Shown here: positions 10,091 through 18,459 of the stretch, one piece after another | How the letters are laid out: every line of letters begins with the position of its first letter | Position numbering within the stretch: position 1 is the stretch's first letter | Assembly: GCA_964477745.1 (NCBI GenBank) | Contig: CAYZEI010000006.1 | Span: forward strand, 1 to 55,601 | Direction of reading: 5' to 3' | Length of the DNA stretch: 55,601 nt | Source: an uncultured Candidatus Saccharibacteria bacterium | GTDB lineage: Bacteria > Patescibacteriota > Doudnabacteria > UBA920 | Notes under the pieces: model-generated | Database searches by the model: none | What the model saw: only the letters and a program-made list of their open reading frames with translations | Told to the model about the DNA's origin: nothing | Program-made: the position numbers and the translations under genes

Positions 10091-10320
10091 TTGATATATT
10101 GATTTTTGTTTTGATTTTACTTAAAGTTTTAGCGAAAAAAATATCTTATCACATACAACAAAAAATATCCTTGCGGGAATAACAATATTTAAACGCCCTC
10201 TTTATAAATTGTATTTTTCTTTTGGTTTCTTTGCTGTTTCTAACTTAACTACTATTATTATAGCATATCTAAAGAAATTTTGCAAGAGCAAATAAAAAAG
10301 TGTATCATAAATTAAGTCTT

Positions 10321-10854
10321 ATGAATTATTTTACAAAAAAACTCTTGGTTTTGCTGTGCATTGTGCTTTTTTCTGTTGCTTGCTCCGGCAACAACCACTC
10401 CCCCGCTTCAAATATAAAACCGGCTTACGATTACTCCCACAAATTGGAAATTGGAAAAGAAATTTTGTTAGTGGAAGTTGTTAGTGACGAAAAAAAAATG
10501 CAAACCGGATTGTCTAATCGCGAAAAGTTAAATAACAATAACGGTATGCTATTTGATTTCGGGGTGAAAAAAGTAGCCCGAAACTTCTGGATGAAAAATA
10601 TGTTGTTTGATATAGATATAATTTGGATTGCGGACAAAAAAATAATCGGCATTACGCCGAATGTTCGTGCCCCCAAAAAAGATGAAGGATTTCCGCCAGA
10701 GGCGGATCCGCCTCTGGCGGAAGAGATTAAAGATTTAAGATTGCCAACCTACCAAGCTCCTGCCGAGATTGACCAAGTGTTGGAAGTAAACGCCGGCTGG
10801 TCAGAAAAAAATAAAATAAAAGTTGGAGATGAAGTAACTAGCGTCAAATTCTAA
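10321..10854 (+). CDS. DUF192-family lipoprotein
   Basis: The 'GLSNRE..NGMLFDF...FWMKNMLFDIDIIWI....VLEVNAGW....GDEV' pattern is typical of DUF192/COG1430. The lipobox-like sequence is 'LFSVAC'. The ATG at 10321 is preferred over the GTG at 10300. Confidence 0.8.
   Translation: MNYFTKKLLVLLCIVLFSVACSGNNHSPASNIKPAYDYSHKLEIGKEILLVEVVSDEKKMQTGLSNREKLNNNNGMLFDFGVKKVARNFWMKNMLFDIDIIWIADKKIIGITPNVRAPKKDEGFPPEADPPLAEEIKDLRLPTYQAPAEIDQVLEVNAGWSEKNKIKVGDEVTSVKF
10691..10722. repeat. 32-nt perfect GC-rich palindrome inside the DUF192 CDS
   Basis: 'ttccgccagaggcggatccgcctctggcggaa'. 30 nt are identical to 52640-52669. It is translated in frame as 'FPPEADPPLAE'. Confidence 0.95.
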
Positions 10855-10859
10855 TGTCT

Positions 10860-10987
10860 AATTTCTAAATCCTAAACAATATCAAAATCCAAATAATACA
10901 AATTTTAAAACCATACTTTTTTGTTTTTGATTTGGCATTTTGAAAATTTGACTTTGTTTAGAATTTGGAGCTTAGGATTTAGAAATT
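10860..10987. repeat. 128-nt extended imperfect hairpin between convergent genes
   Basis: The outer 16-nt arms 'aatttctaaatcctaa' and 'ttaggatttagaaatt' are perfect. Inner pairings are 'ctaaacaa'/'ttgtttag' and 'tcaaaatccaaa'/'tttggcattttga'. Confidence 0.8.
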
Positions 10988-10998
10988 CATAATGTGCC

Positions 10999-11856
10999 CT
11001 AACTGAGTTTCTCGACAAGTCTAATCCAATCTTCAATCGATAATTCCTGCGGACGACTTGTGGGTTTTATTTTTAACTGGTTTAAAATTTCTAGGGCGCG
11101 AGCTTTATCCAATCCTAAATTATTTGTCATGGTGTTGTGAATTTGTTTTCGCTTGCCGGTAAAACACGCTTTGACAATTTTGAAGAATTTTTTTTCGTCC
11201 GCTAATTTATAGCGCGGAGTTTTGTCCAAAGTAATTTTTAAAATGGCACTGTCCACTTTTGGCGCCGGGTAAAAACTTCGAGCCAGTACCGGCGCGACTA
11301 ATTCGGGCACGCCGAACAGTTGAACGGAAATTGCCAACACCGAAAGATTCCCCGGCTTGGCACAAACATTTTGCGCCACTTCTTTTTGCGTTAAGATGGT
11401 TACACTCTCCGGTTTAATTTTTGCGTACATTAACATTTTTAAAATTTTGCCGGTAATGTAGTACGGGATGTTGGCCACGACTTTATAATTTAACTTACTC
11501 CCCTCTTCCAAGCGATCGCTGAAAACTTTCAAAAAATTAAATTCCAGAGCATCGGCAATTTCAAACCGAAAATTATCTTTAAAATCTTTTTTTACATTGT
11601 GTAAAATTTGAAAAAACTTTGGGTCTTTTTCCACGGACAATAAAAAACCTGCACGCTCAGCCAACACGCGAGTAAGATTACCTACCCCCGGACCGATTTC
11701 CAAAATGTTATCTTCTTTGGTGACCTTGGCCGCGTCGGCAATATCTTGCAAAACAAACTCGTCAATTAAAAAATTCTGGCCATAGGTAAAATTCGGCTTA
11801 ATGCCGTTATTGCGTAATAAACTTTTTAATTGTTCGACGTCCATATTTTTTCTCAT
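10999..11856 (-). CDS. rsmA: 16S rRNA (adenine1518/1519-N6)-dimethyltransferase
   Basis: 'YGQNFLIDEFVL' and the SAM motif 'ILEIGPGVGNLT' are present. An internal Met (MRKNMDVEQ) is preferred because the longer ORF runs into the upstream repeat element. Confidence 0.9.
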   Translation of the reverse strand: MRKNMDVEQLKSLLRNNGIKPNFTYGQNFLIDEFVLQDIADAAKVTKEDNILEIGPGVGNLTRVLAERAGFLLSVEKDPKFFQILHNVKKDFKDNFRFEIADALEFNFLKVFSDRLEEGSKLNYKVVANIPYYITGKILKMLMYAKIKPESVTILTQKEVAQNVCAKPGNLSVLAISVQLFGVPELVAPVLARSFYPAPKVDSAILKITLDKTPRYKLADEKKFFKIVKACFTGKRKQIHNTMTNNLGLDKARALEILNQLKIKPTSRPQELSIEDWIRLVEKLS

Positions 11857-11864
11857 ACAATTGA

Positions 11865-11932
11865 TTTTACGAAGTACGAAATTATACGAACTTACGAATT
11901 CGTACATTAGTACATATTCGTACTTCGTAAAG
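11865..11932. repeat. 68-nt TACGAA-word palindromic element (copy 1)
   Basis: It fills the uvrD-rsmA intercistronic gap, is centred on gaattc, and is 62/68 identical to 18390-18457. Confidence 0.95.
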
Positions 11933-11934
11933 AC

Positions 11935-14088
11935 TTAAAAGTCCATTGGCTCCACGCTAAGCTCGCCATCATCATCTTTAAAATGATTTTTGGCCAGGCC
12001 CTTGTATTCTATATTACTTTTTGGTAAGACTTTTAAAATCCGTGACGGTGTGTTTACCTGCAAGTTACCAAAGACCCGACGATTTACAGTATACACCAAA
12101 TACAGCCGTTTGCGTGCCCGGGTTAGACCGACATAGGCCAAGCGAACTTCTTCGGAAAGTTCGTCAGGATTTATTAAACTTCTAGAGTGCGGCAAAATTC
12201 CTTCTTCTAACCCGACAAAAAAGACGTTATCAAATTCCAAACCCTTGGCTGAATGCAAAGTCATTAACGTGACCACGTCGCGCGCGTCGTCTTTTTGGTC
12301 AATTTCGGCGAGCAGAGCCACCTCTTCCAAAAATTCCTGCAATGCTTTGGCCCAAGGCAGATTGCGAAATTTATGAGCCACGTTAATTAACTCCTCCACG
12401 TTTTCCCAACGCGACTCACCTTTTTCACTGCCGTCTTTAACCGACCGCTCGTAGCCCATTCTTCTGACAATTTGAGTCATTAGCTCGGGCAAAGTCGACC
12501 GGGCATTAAAATCACTCAGTTCTTCCAAGGTGGCAAAAAACTCCTGCGCCGCGGTAAAAGCTTTGGGCTGAAGTTTTACTTCCGCAAAGTGAGTGCGAAA
12601 ATCTTTTAGGCTCAATTCTTGGCCCGTGGAATTTAAATTTAAAATAAAATCCCTAATTACTGCATACGACTTATCCCCCAAGCCCCTGGCCGGCTCATTA
12701 ATGACACGCTTTAAAGACACCAAGTCGCGATAATTTATAACCAAACGTAAATACCCCAGCATATCTTTAACTTCTTTGCGGTCATAAAATTTTAGCCCCC
12801 CGACAATTTGGTACGGAATCGAGGCTTCAATTAAGGCTTCTTCAATCGCACGACTCTGTGCGTGTGTCCGATATAAAATACAATATTCGGTCAAAGCATC
12901 ATGAGTTTTGGGCAACTGCGGAAGCACTCCACCACTGCCTCGGCTAAAATTCGCGGAAAATTGCGCCTGCATCTTTTTTGCCATAATAAACCGATCCAAA
13001 ATGCTATACCCTTTCTTTGGCGTTATGTCTTCCTCTGCCTCGTATTCCACTTCGGTCTTGGCGGGACTGGCCAGCTTCACTATAGTTCTGGCTACAAATT
13101 CCGCCTCGCCCCGCTCATCCGCCTCGCAGGTTAGGACAATCTTCTCGCCTTGGGGATTTTCCGTCCACAGAGTTTTAGGTTTTTGCTCGGGGTTTAGCTC
13201 AATAACCTTTTGTGCCGCTTCCAGAATATTTTTGGTGGAGCGGTAATTTTGTTCTAATTTGATTACCAAGCTTTCCGGGTAATCCTTTTCAAAATTCAAG
13301 ATGTTAGTAATGTCGCTTCCGCGAAACTTATAAATACTTTGGGCGTCGTCCCCGACTACAAAAATATTGCGGGAGACAGCCAACATCGACAGCAGTAAAT
13401 ACTGCGCCTGGTTAGTGTCCTGATACTCATCTACTAATATATAGGTAAACTTTTTTTGGTATTTTTTTAGCACCTCGGGGAAATTCTGAAAAATTTTCAC
13501 GGTCAGCATTAGCAGATCGTCGAAATCCAGGGCGTTTTGCTTATACAGCGCGTCCTGATAACGGGCATAAACTTCCACCAAACGCTCCCGCAAAGGAGAT
13601 TCCAAGCCCAAATTCAACTCATCCGGGGTTTGGAGCAAATTTTTTCCGCGAGAGATTAGCGCGCCAAACATGGATGCCGGCAATTTTTTACTGTCTATAC
13701 GTAAATCTTCCAATATCTCCTTAATGGTTTTTTGCTGGTCGTCAGTATCAAATATTACAAACCCACTGCCATAACCTAAAGCGGTAATTTCGTGACGCAA
13801 GATCTTGGCGCAAACCGAATGAAAAGTGCCCATGGTTAAACTATCTGCTGCGGTTTTATTTTTGGCCAATAACTTACTAACCCGCTCGCGCATCTGTTTT
13901 GCCGCCTTGTTGGTAAAGGTCAAAGACAAAATATGCTCCGGCGTCACCATCTTCTTCTCTATAATATAAGCAATCCGATTGGTTAAAGTCTTGGTTTTAC
14001 CGCTACCTGGGCCCGCCAAAAGTAAAATCGGCCCCATTGGCGCTGTTACTGCTTCTTTTTGTTTTTCGTTTAAAGAGGTTAAATCCAT
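11935..14088 (-). CDS. uvrD: ATP-dependent DNA helicase, UvrD/PcrA family
   Basis: The Walker A is 'AGPGSGKTKTL'. 'LVDEYQDTN', 'VGDDAQSIYKFRG' and a C-terminal 'VGLTRAR' motif are also present. Confidence 0.92.
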   Translation of the reverse strand: MDLTSLNEKQKEAVTAPMGPILLLAGPGSGKTKTLTNRIAYIIEKKMVTPEHILSLTFTNKAAKQMRERVSKLLAKNKTAADSLTMGTFHSVCAKILRHEITALGYGSGFVIFDTDDQQKTIKEILEDLRIDSKKLPASMFGALISRGKNLLQTPDELNLGLESPLRERLVEVYARYQDALYKQNALDFDDLLMLTVKIFQNFPEVLKKYQKKFTYILVDEYQDTNQAQYLLLSMLAVSRNIFVVGDDAQSIYKFRGSDITNILNFEKDYPESLVIKLEQNYRSTKNILEAAQKVIELNPEQKPKTLWTENPQGEKIVLTCEADERGEAEFVARTIVKLASPAKTEVEYEAEEDITPKKGYSILDRFIMAKKMQAQFSANFSRGSGGVLPQLPKTHDALTEYCILYRTHAQSRAIEEALIEASIPYQIVGGLKFYDRKEVKDMLGYLRLVINYRDLVSLKRVINEPARGLGDKSYAVIRDFILNLNSTGQELSLKDFRTHFAEVKLQPKAFTAAQEFFATLEELSDFNARSTLPELMTQIVRRMGYERSVKDGSEKGESRWENVEELINVAHKFRNLPWAKALQEFLEEVALLAEIDQKDDARDVVTLMTLHSAKGLEFDNVFFVGLEEGILPHSRSLINPDELSEEVRLAYVGLTRARKRLYLVYTVNRRVFGNLQVNTPSRILKVLPKSNIEYKGLAKNHFKDDDGELSVEPMDF

Positions 14089-14552
14089 CTATTTATATTA
14101 TCACAAGAATAACTATTCTCACACTCTAGCCGGATATCTGTTAAGACCCCTATATTACTCCTTATTTAAGCCAAAAGGACATAAATTAAGCCTTAAATAA
14201 GACATTTTTTGCCTGGTTGTGGATGAAATCCTTGCCCTCTCCGGGTGGGGGTGTTAAAATTCAATTTAGAAATTATAGAAACAATTAAAAATATTTACGA
14301 AAGTTAAATTTTAGCTTCGGTTTGATATTTAGAAGCTAAAATTATTTGTTGCCTATCTGTTTACTTTCTTAAATATTTCTTATCATTTCTGACCAGTTTA
14401 GGATTTTAACGGTCATAAATGATAAAGGGGACTTTATTTCCGAGATAAAATCATGGCTAACTCAATTTAAGACGGTTTATACCCGAGTAGCCTTTTTTAT
14501 ACAACAATATAACAAAAAGCTCTTTACTCAAATTAAAAAAAGAGCCCCACAT

Positions 14553-15677
14553 TTGAAAAAGCTACACATTGATAGCTTTCCGGCCATACATATCAAGCAC
14601 ATGGACTGGATGGATTTTTTATTTAAATTCTCCGGCGAATTGCTTGTTTTAATTTTGGCCGTTGTGGTTTCGGTTATGAATTGGCATTTTTTCTCAACTA
14701 AAAATTATCACGATAACAGCCTGGCAGGAAACTTTTTGAGCAATCACTCGGAAATGAATCGCAAGCTCTCGGCTAAAAACAACAGCATTGTTACTTTGGT
14801 ATCTAGTAATAGCTTTGTTCAGCAGGCCATGGCCGAAGATTTTGTCGGGTTAGATTCCCAAGGCCTGGAAGGACAAGACAGCAGTAACGACGGCGCGGAT
14901 ATAATTACCGGGGATGGGACTTCCCTTTTGGCTCCGAACCCGGACAGTGTCAGCAGTTTAATCGCCAAACAGGTTAAAATCTACCAAACTCAGTCCGGCG
15001 ACACCTTGCCGAACGTTGCCAAAAATTTTGGCATTAGCCAGCAAACTATAATGTGGGCAAATAAACTAACCTCCTCAGCTATTAAGCCAGGATGGCAGTT
15101 GTTAATTTTGCCGACAGACGGCGTTTTAATTAAAGCCGATTCCAATACTACTCTACCAGACATTGCCAAAAAATACGGCGTAACCATGGAAAAAATTATT
15201 GCTTATAACGCATTAGACGGCGCGGAAGATATTGAAGCCGGACAAATTGTAATTGTTCCCGGTGGTGTCATGCCGGCACCCCCGGTAGTCAAAAAGGCGC
15301 CGGTAAAAAGAAATGACGGTAAAGTTAAACCCGAGGGCGTACAAAAACCACAAGTGGTAGATAACGGAACCGGACACACCTTCCCTTGGGGTTACTGTAC
15401 TTGGTATGTGGCTACAAAAGTTCATGTTCCTTGGGGTGGAAATGCCAAAGCTTGGCTAACCAATGCTAAAGCTTACGGGGCTGTGGTCAGTAAAACCCCA
15501 TCCGTAGGAACTATTATGGTTTCCACCGAAAGTCGTTTCGGGCATGTCGCTTACGTAGAAAGCGTCGATGATAATGGATTTACTGTTTCCGAGATGAATT
15601 ACGTAAAATTCGGTAAAACCAATACTCGTTGGATTTCCAAAAATAGCCCGGTTATTCGAGGATTTATAAATCCGTAG
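14553..15677 (+). CDS. LysM-domain / CHAP-domain peptidoglycan hydrolase
   Basis: There are two LysM repeats ('YQTQSGDTLPNVAKNFGISQQTIMWANKL' and 'SNTTLPDIAKKYGVTMEKIIAYNAL'). The C-terminal region 'FPWGYCTWYV...GHVAYVESV' is CHAP-like with Cys/His. The start is uncertain (TTG 14553 or ATG 14601). Confidence 0.85.
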   Translation: MKKLHIDSFPAIHIKHMDWMDFLFKFSGELLVLILAVVVSVMNWHFFSTKNYHDNSLAGNFLSNHSEMNRKLSAKNNSIVTLVSSNSFVQQAMAEDFVGLDSQGLEGQDSSNDGADIITGDGTSLLAPNPDSVSSLIAKQVKIYQTQSGDTLPNVAKNFGISQQTIMWANKLTSSAIKPGWQLLILPTDGVLIKADSNTTLPDIAKKYGVTMEKIIAYNALDGAEDIEAGQIVIVPGGVMPAPPVVKKAPVKRNDGKVKPEGVQKPQVVDNGTGHTFPWGYCTWYVATKVHVPWGGNAKAWLTNAKAYGAVVSKTPSVGTIMVSTESRFGHVAYVESVDDNGFTVSEMNYVKFGKTNTRWISKNSPVIRGFINP

Positions 15678-15720
15678 AATAGTAGATAGAATTTAGCATA
15701 TAGCATATAGCATTTAGTAG

Positions 15721-15746
15721 AGCCCGTTCCGATATCGGAACGGGCT
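15721..15746. terminator. bidirectional hairpin between convergent genes
   Basis: A perfect 26-nt palindrome, 'agcccgttccgatatcggaacgggct', is followed by a T-rich tract. Confidence 0.75.
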
Positions 15747-15790
15747 TTGTTACTTGTTACTTGTTACTTGTTACTTGTTACTTGTTACTT
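15747..15790. repeat. heptamer tandem repeat (TTGTTAC x6)
   Basis: Six perfect units plus a partial one. The first unit on the minus strand supplies the TAA stop of the 610-aa gene. Confidence 0.95.
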
Positions 15791-17617
15791 CCCCACCGTT
15801 CCGTTGCCAAAAGCCACGCCTTCTACATCGTTAGTAGTTAAATCACTGGCTGAAACATTTACACTTTCGCCGGTAAAGGAATCTTTGGCTGTAAAATTAA
15901 TGTTTTTAACCAAGGTTGGAGACTGATTAACTTGAGAGGCGGAAGGATTAAATTTAATTTGAAACTCTAAAGTTCTGGTTTGGGCAAAACGGCCGGTATT
16001 GGCCGGCAGTACACCGACATTCCAAGTTAACTTGCCGGTTGAGGAGTCGTAAGATGCATTTGAGGCCTCGCCAGTATTATAACTGCCGGATACCAAGGAA
16101 TTCGGCCCCAATGGAATAAACGCGGTTACCACCCCATCGGCAAAATCATTTGTGGAATTATTCAAAGATAGCTTGACCTTATATACGCTTTGCCTGCCCA
16201 CTTGCGGTGGCAACTGACCGGAAACAAAACTTAAATACGAGTTAATAGAAGACGGACTGGAAACTTTTAAAGTTAAAGCATTACCGGAAAAATATGCGCC
16301 GTATTCATTGGACTTAATTTTAATATTGGAAATAACCGTTAAATTTTTGGCGGAATCTTTTACCGCCGGGTTATTTAACTGTAAACTAAAACTTAATTGT
16401 CCGGATTCATTTGGTGCCAAATTTTCCAAATTGGATACCGTAGAAGCATTCCATAAAATGGTATTATTATTGACTTGTCCGCCCTCCGCACGAAGAGTGG
16501 ATAAATTAATCACCCGAGAATCCAAAGTGACCATAATATTTACGCCGGTGGCCGCGGTGCTGGCATTGTTTTGATAGCGAATGCGATAGGTTAAATTATC
16601 TCCCGGCTTAACCGCACCATTTGTTGTTGCCGGCTCCAGCTCCTGACTGACTATTAAAGGTGAGGTAGAAATTGCTGTAACAAAAGTGGAAGAATTTTGA
16701 GTTTGAGCCTGGCCATTACCGTCTAAAACAATAAATTCCGCCACAGCTGTTTTTGCCTCGCCCGGATTTACTGAGGAAAAACTCCCCTGAATTTGGATTT
16801 GTCCGCTGGCTCCTTTGGCCAGTGTGCCAATGTTCCAAGTATCAGAACCAACTCCCGGAGACGGATCTGCGCTAGCAAAAACAAAGCCTTGCGGATAAAT
16901 CATTTTAATACGCGCATTTTTAACTTCTGAGTCGGAATTGTTTTGATACTTCGCGGTGTAAACAATAATTTCCGCGTTATTGGCGGTTTGCGGACCCGAA
17001 AGCTCAACTAAAACATCGGACGCAACCAGGCGCACCACACTGACCTGATTTTTAACAAATTCCGATGTAAAATTTGCGTAGCTGTAATGCAATTTCAAAC
17101 CTAGCTTTTTTTCGTCATTTACATTGCCACTGGCTTTGGATTTTACAATAACCGTAGCATTTTGCCCCGGAACCAAATCGGGCACAATAAACTTTGTTCC
17201 GGAAATATTTTCCGCATTCGGCACACTGCTAATGTAAGAAAAGCCGTCCGGGTAAATTAACTCTAGCTCTGTCTTGGTTAATTTTTGGGTGTCGTTATTT
17301 TTAATGGTAATTTTATAAACCGCTTCCCCGCCACTAGCCACATTTTCCGGTACACCCACACTTATATCCACATTAGCTTCTTTTGGTGCCACCACCGCCG
17401 GCTTTTTAAATGCCAGATACGACAAAACCGCAATAATCGCCACACCCAAAACTATGGCTAAAAAATAAAACCTATTTTCTTTAAAAAAACTTTTCGGCTG
17501 ACTATTCCCGATCTGGTGACGCAAATCACTGTCTAAAATGGGTGTCTCAACCACTTTGGTCACAAATCCTGCATTATTATTTACTGGCTTATCTAATGGT
17601 GTTTGGTTATTTTCCAT
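15785..17617 (-). CDS. cell-surface protein with repeated beta-rich (DUF11/CARDB-like) modules
   Basis: 610-aa ORF with an N-terminal TM ('FYFLAIVLGVAIIAVLSYLAF'). The remainder has Asn/Ser/Thr/Val-rich repeated modules with a 'Y.I...N......N' pattern. Confidence 0.7.
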   Translation of the reverse strand: MENNQTPLDKPVNNNAGFVTKVVETPILDSDLRHQIGNSQPKSFFKENRFYFLAIVLGVAIIAVLSYLAFKKPAVVAPKEANVDISVGVPENVASGGEAVYKITIKNNDTQKLTKTELELIYPDGFSYISSVPNAENISGTKFIVPDLVPGQNATVIVKSKASGNVNDEKKLGLKLHYSYANFTSEFVKNQVSVVRLVASDVLVELSGPQTANNAEIIVYTAKYQNNSDSEVKNARIKMIYPQGFVFASADPSPGVGSDTWNIGTLAKGASGQIQIQGSFSSVNPGEAKTAVAEFIVLDGNGQAQTQNSSTFVTAISTSPLIVSQELEPATTNGAVKPGDNLTYRIRYQNNASTAATGVNIMVTLDSRVINLSTLRAEGGQVNNNTILWNASTVSNLENLAPNESGQLSFSLQLNNPAVKDSAKNLTVISNIKIKSNEYGAYFSGNALTLKVSSPSSINSYLSFVSGQLPPQVGRQSVYKVKLSLNNSTNDFADGVVTAFIPLGPNSLVSGSYNTGEASNASYDSSTGKLTWNVGVLPANTGRFAQTRTLEFQIKFNPSASQVNQSPTLVKNINFTAKDSFTGESVNVSASDLTTNDVEGVAFGNGTVGK

Positions 17618-17674
17618 ATGTTGTATTTCCTAAATGCTAAATACTATCTTCTATCTACTAATTATTATACCACT

Positions 17675-18388
17675 TTAAATTCCCTTTAAATACACTTCCG
17701 ATTTTATTTTCCGTTCCAGCTGATATTCAATAAATTCCGACATTAAAGCCTGAAGTTGGCTTAATGACTGTGGGGAAAATTTTAATACTGCCACATCTGC
17801 CGGACGAGCGGTTTTTAATTGCAAAAATAGCTGGTACCCTTCCCAAGTAACCGTTACACCGCCCGGATTTGACGAAAAACCGCCTGATGCGGGGCTAAAA
17901 TACAGTCGTTGGTCAGAGTGAGCCTGTGGAGGATAATGAACCGCAAAACCCACAGTTTCTAAAGCGGATAGTTTAAACTTTAATAAACCCAAATCCAATA
18001 TTTCGACATTTGGACTTGAATTTAAAAATTCCAAAAAGCTTTCAAAAATAAAAAATAATTTTTCATTTTTTTGCTCATCGGCGGAAAATTTTAAAACAAA
18101 TTCCAAGGAATAAAAGGCATAGCGTAAACCCTCCAGATTTTCCCGTAAAGAAGAATAAGTTTTAACGGTTTCCACACCAATAACTTTAGGCAAAGTCCCG
18201 GTCGTGACCCGAACCTCCACAAAAAACAAAGCCTGCAATTTTTGTTGCAGTTTTGATTTAGCGCTCTTAACCGATTTCGCGAGCACGCGAACCTTCCCCT
18301 GTTCCTTGGTAAACAGAGTAATTATTTCGTCGGTATCACCGAAAGGCTGTTTTTTTAAAATAATGCCGGTGTATGTATTTTCTCTCAT
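17675..18388 (-). CDS. recO: DNA repair protein RecO
   Basis: The N-terminal OB-fold signature 'GIILKKQPFGDTDEIITLFTKEQGKVRVLAKSVKSAKSKL' is present, and the length (237 aa) fits. Confidence 0.85.
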   Translation of the reverse strand: MRENTYTGIILKKQPFGDTDEIITLFTKEQGKVRVLAKSVKSAKSKLQQKLQALFFVEVRVTTGTLPKVIGVETVKTYSSLRENLEGLRYAFYSLEFVLKFSADEQKNEKLFFIFESFLEFLNSSPNVEILDLGLLKFKLSALETVGFAVHYPPQAHSDQRLYFSPASGGFSSNPGGVTVTWEGYQLFLQLKTARPADVAVLKFSPQSLSQLQALMSEFIEYQLERKIKSEVYLKGI

Positions 18389-18389
18389 A

Positions 18390-18457
18390 TTTTACGAAGT
18401 ACTAAACTCTACGAACTTACGAATTCGTACTTTCGTATATATTCGTACTTCGTAAAG
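18390..18457. repeat. 68-nt TACGAA-word palindromic element (copy 2)
   Basis: It fills the ileS-recO intercistronic gap from stop to start codon. Confidence 0.95.
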
Positions 18458-18459
18458 TC

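Noticed and set aside
15747-15790. Tandem repeats here and at 22083-22122, considered as a CRISPR array.
   Set aside because: The units are 7 nt with no spacers, so these are microsatellite-type repeats. No CRISPR-like repeat-spacer periodicity occurs anywhere in the window.
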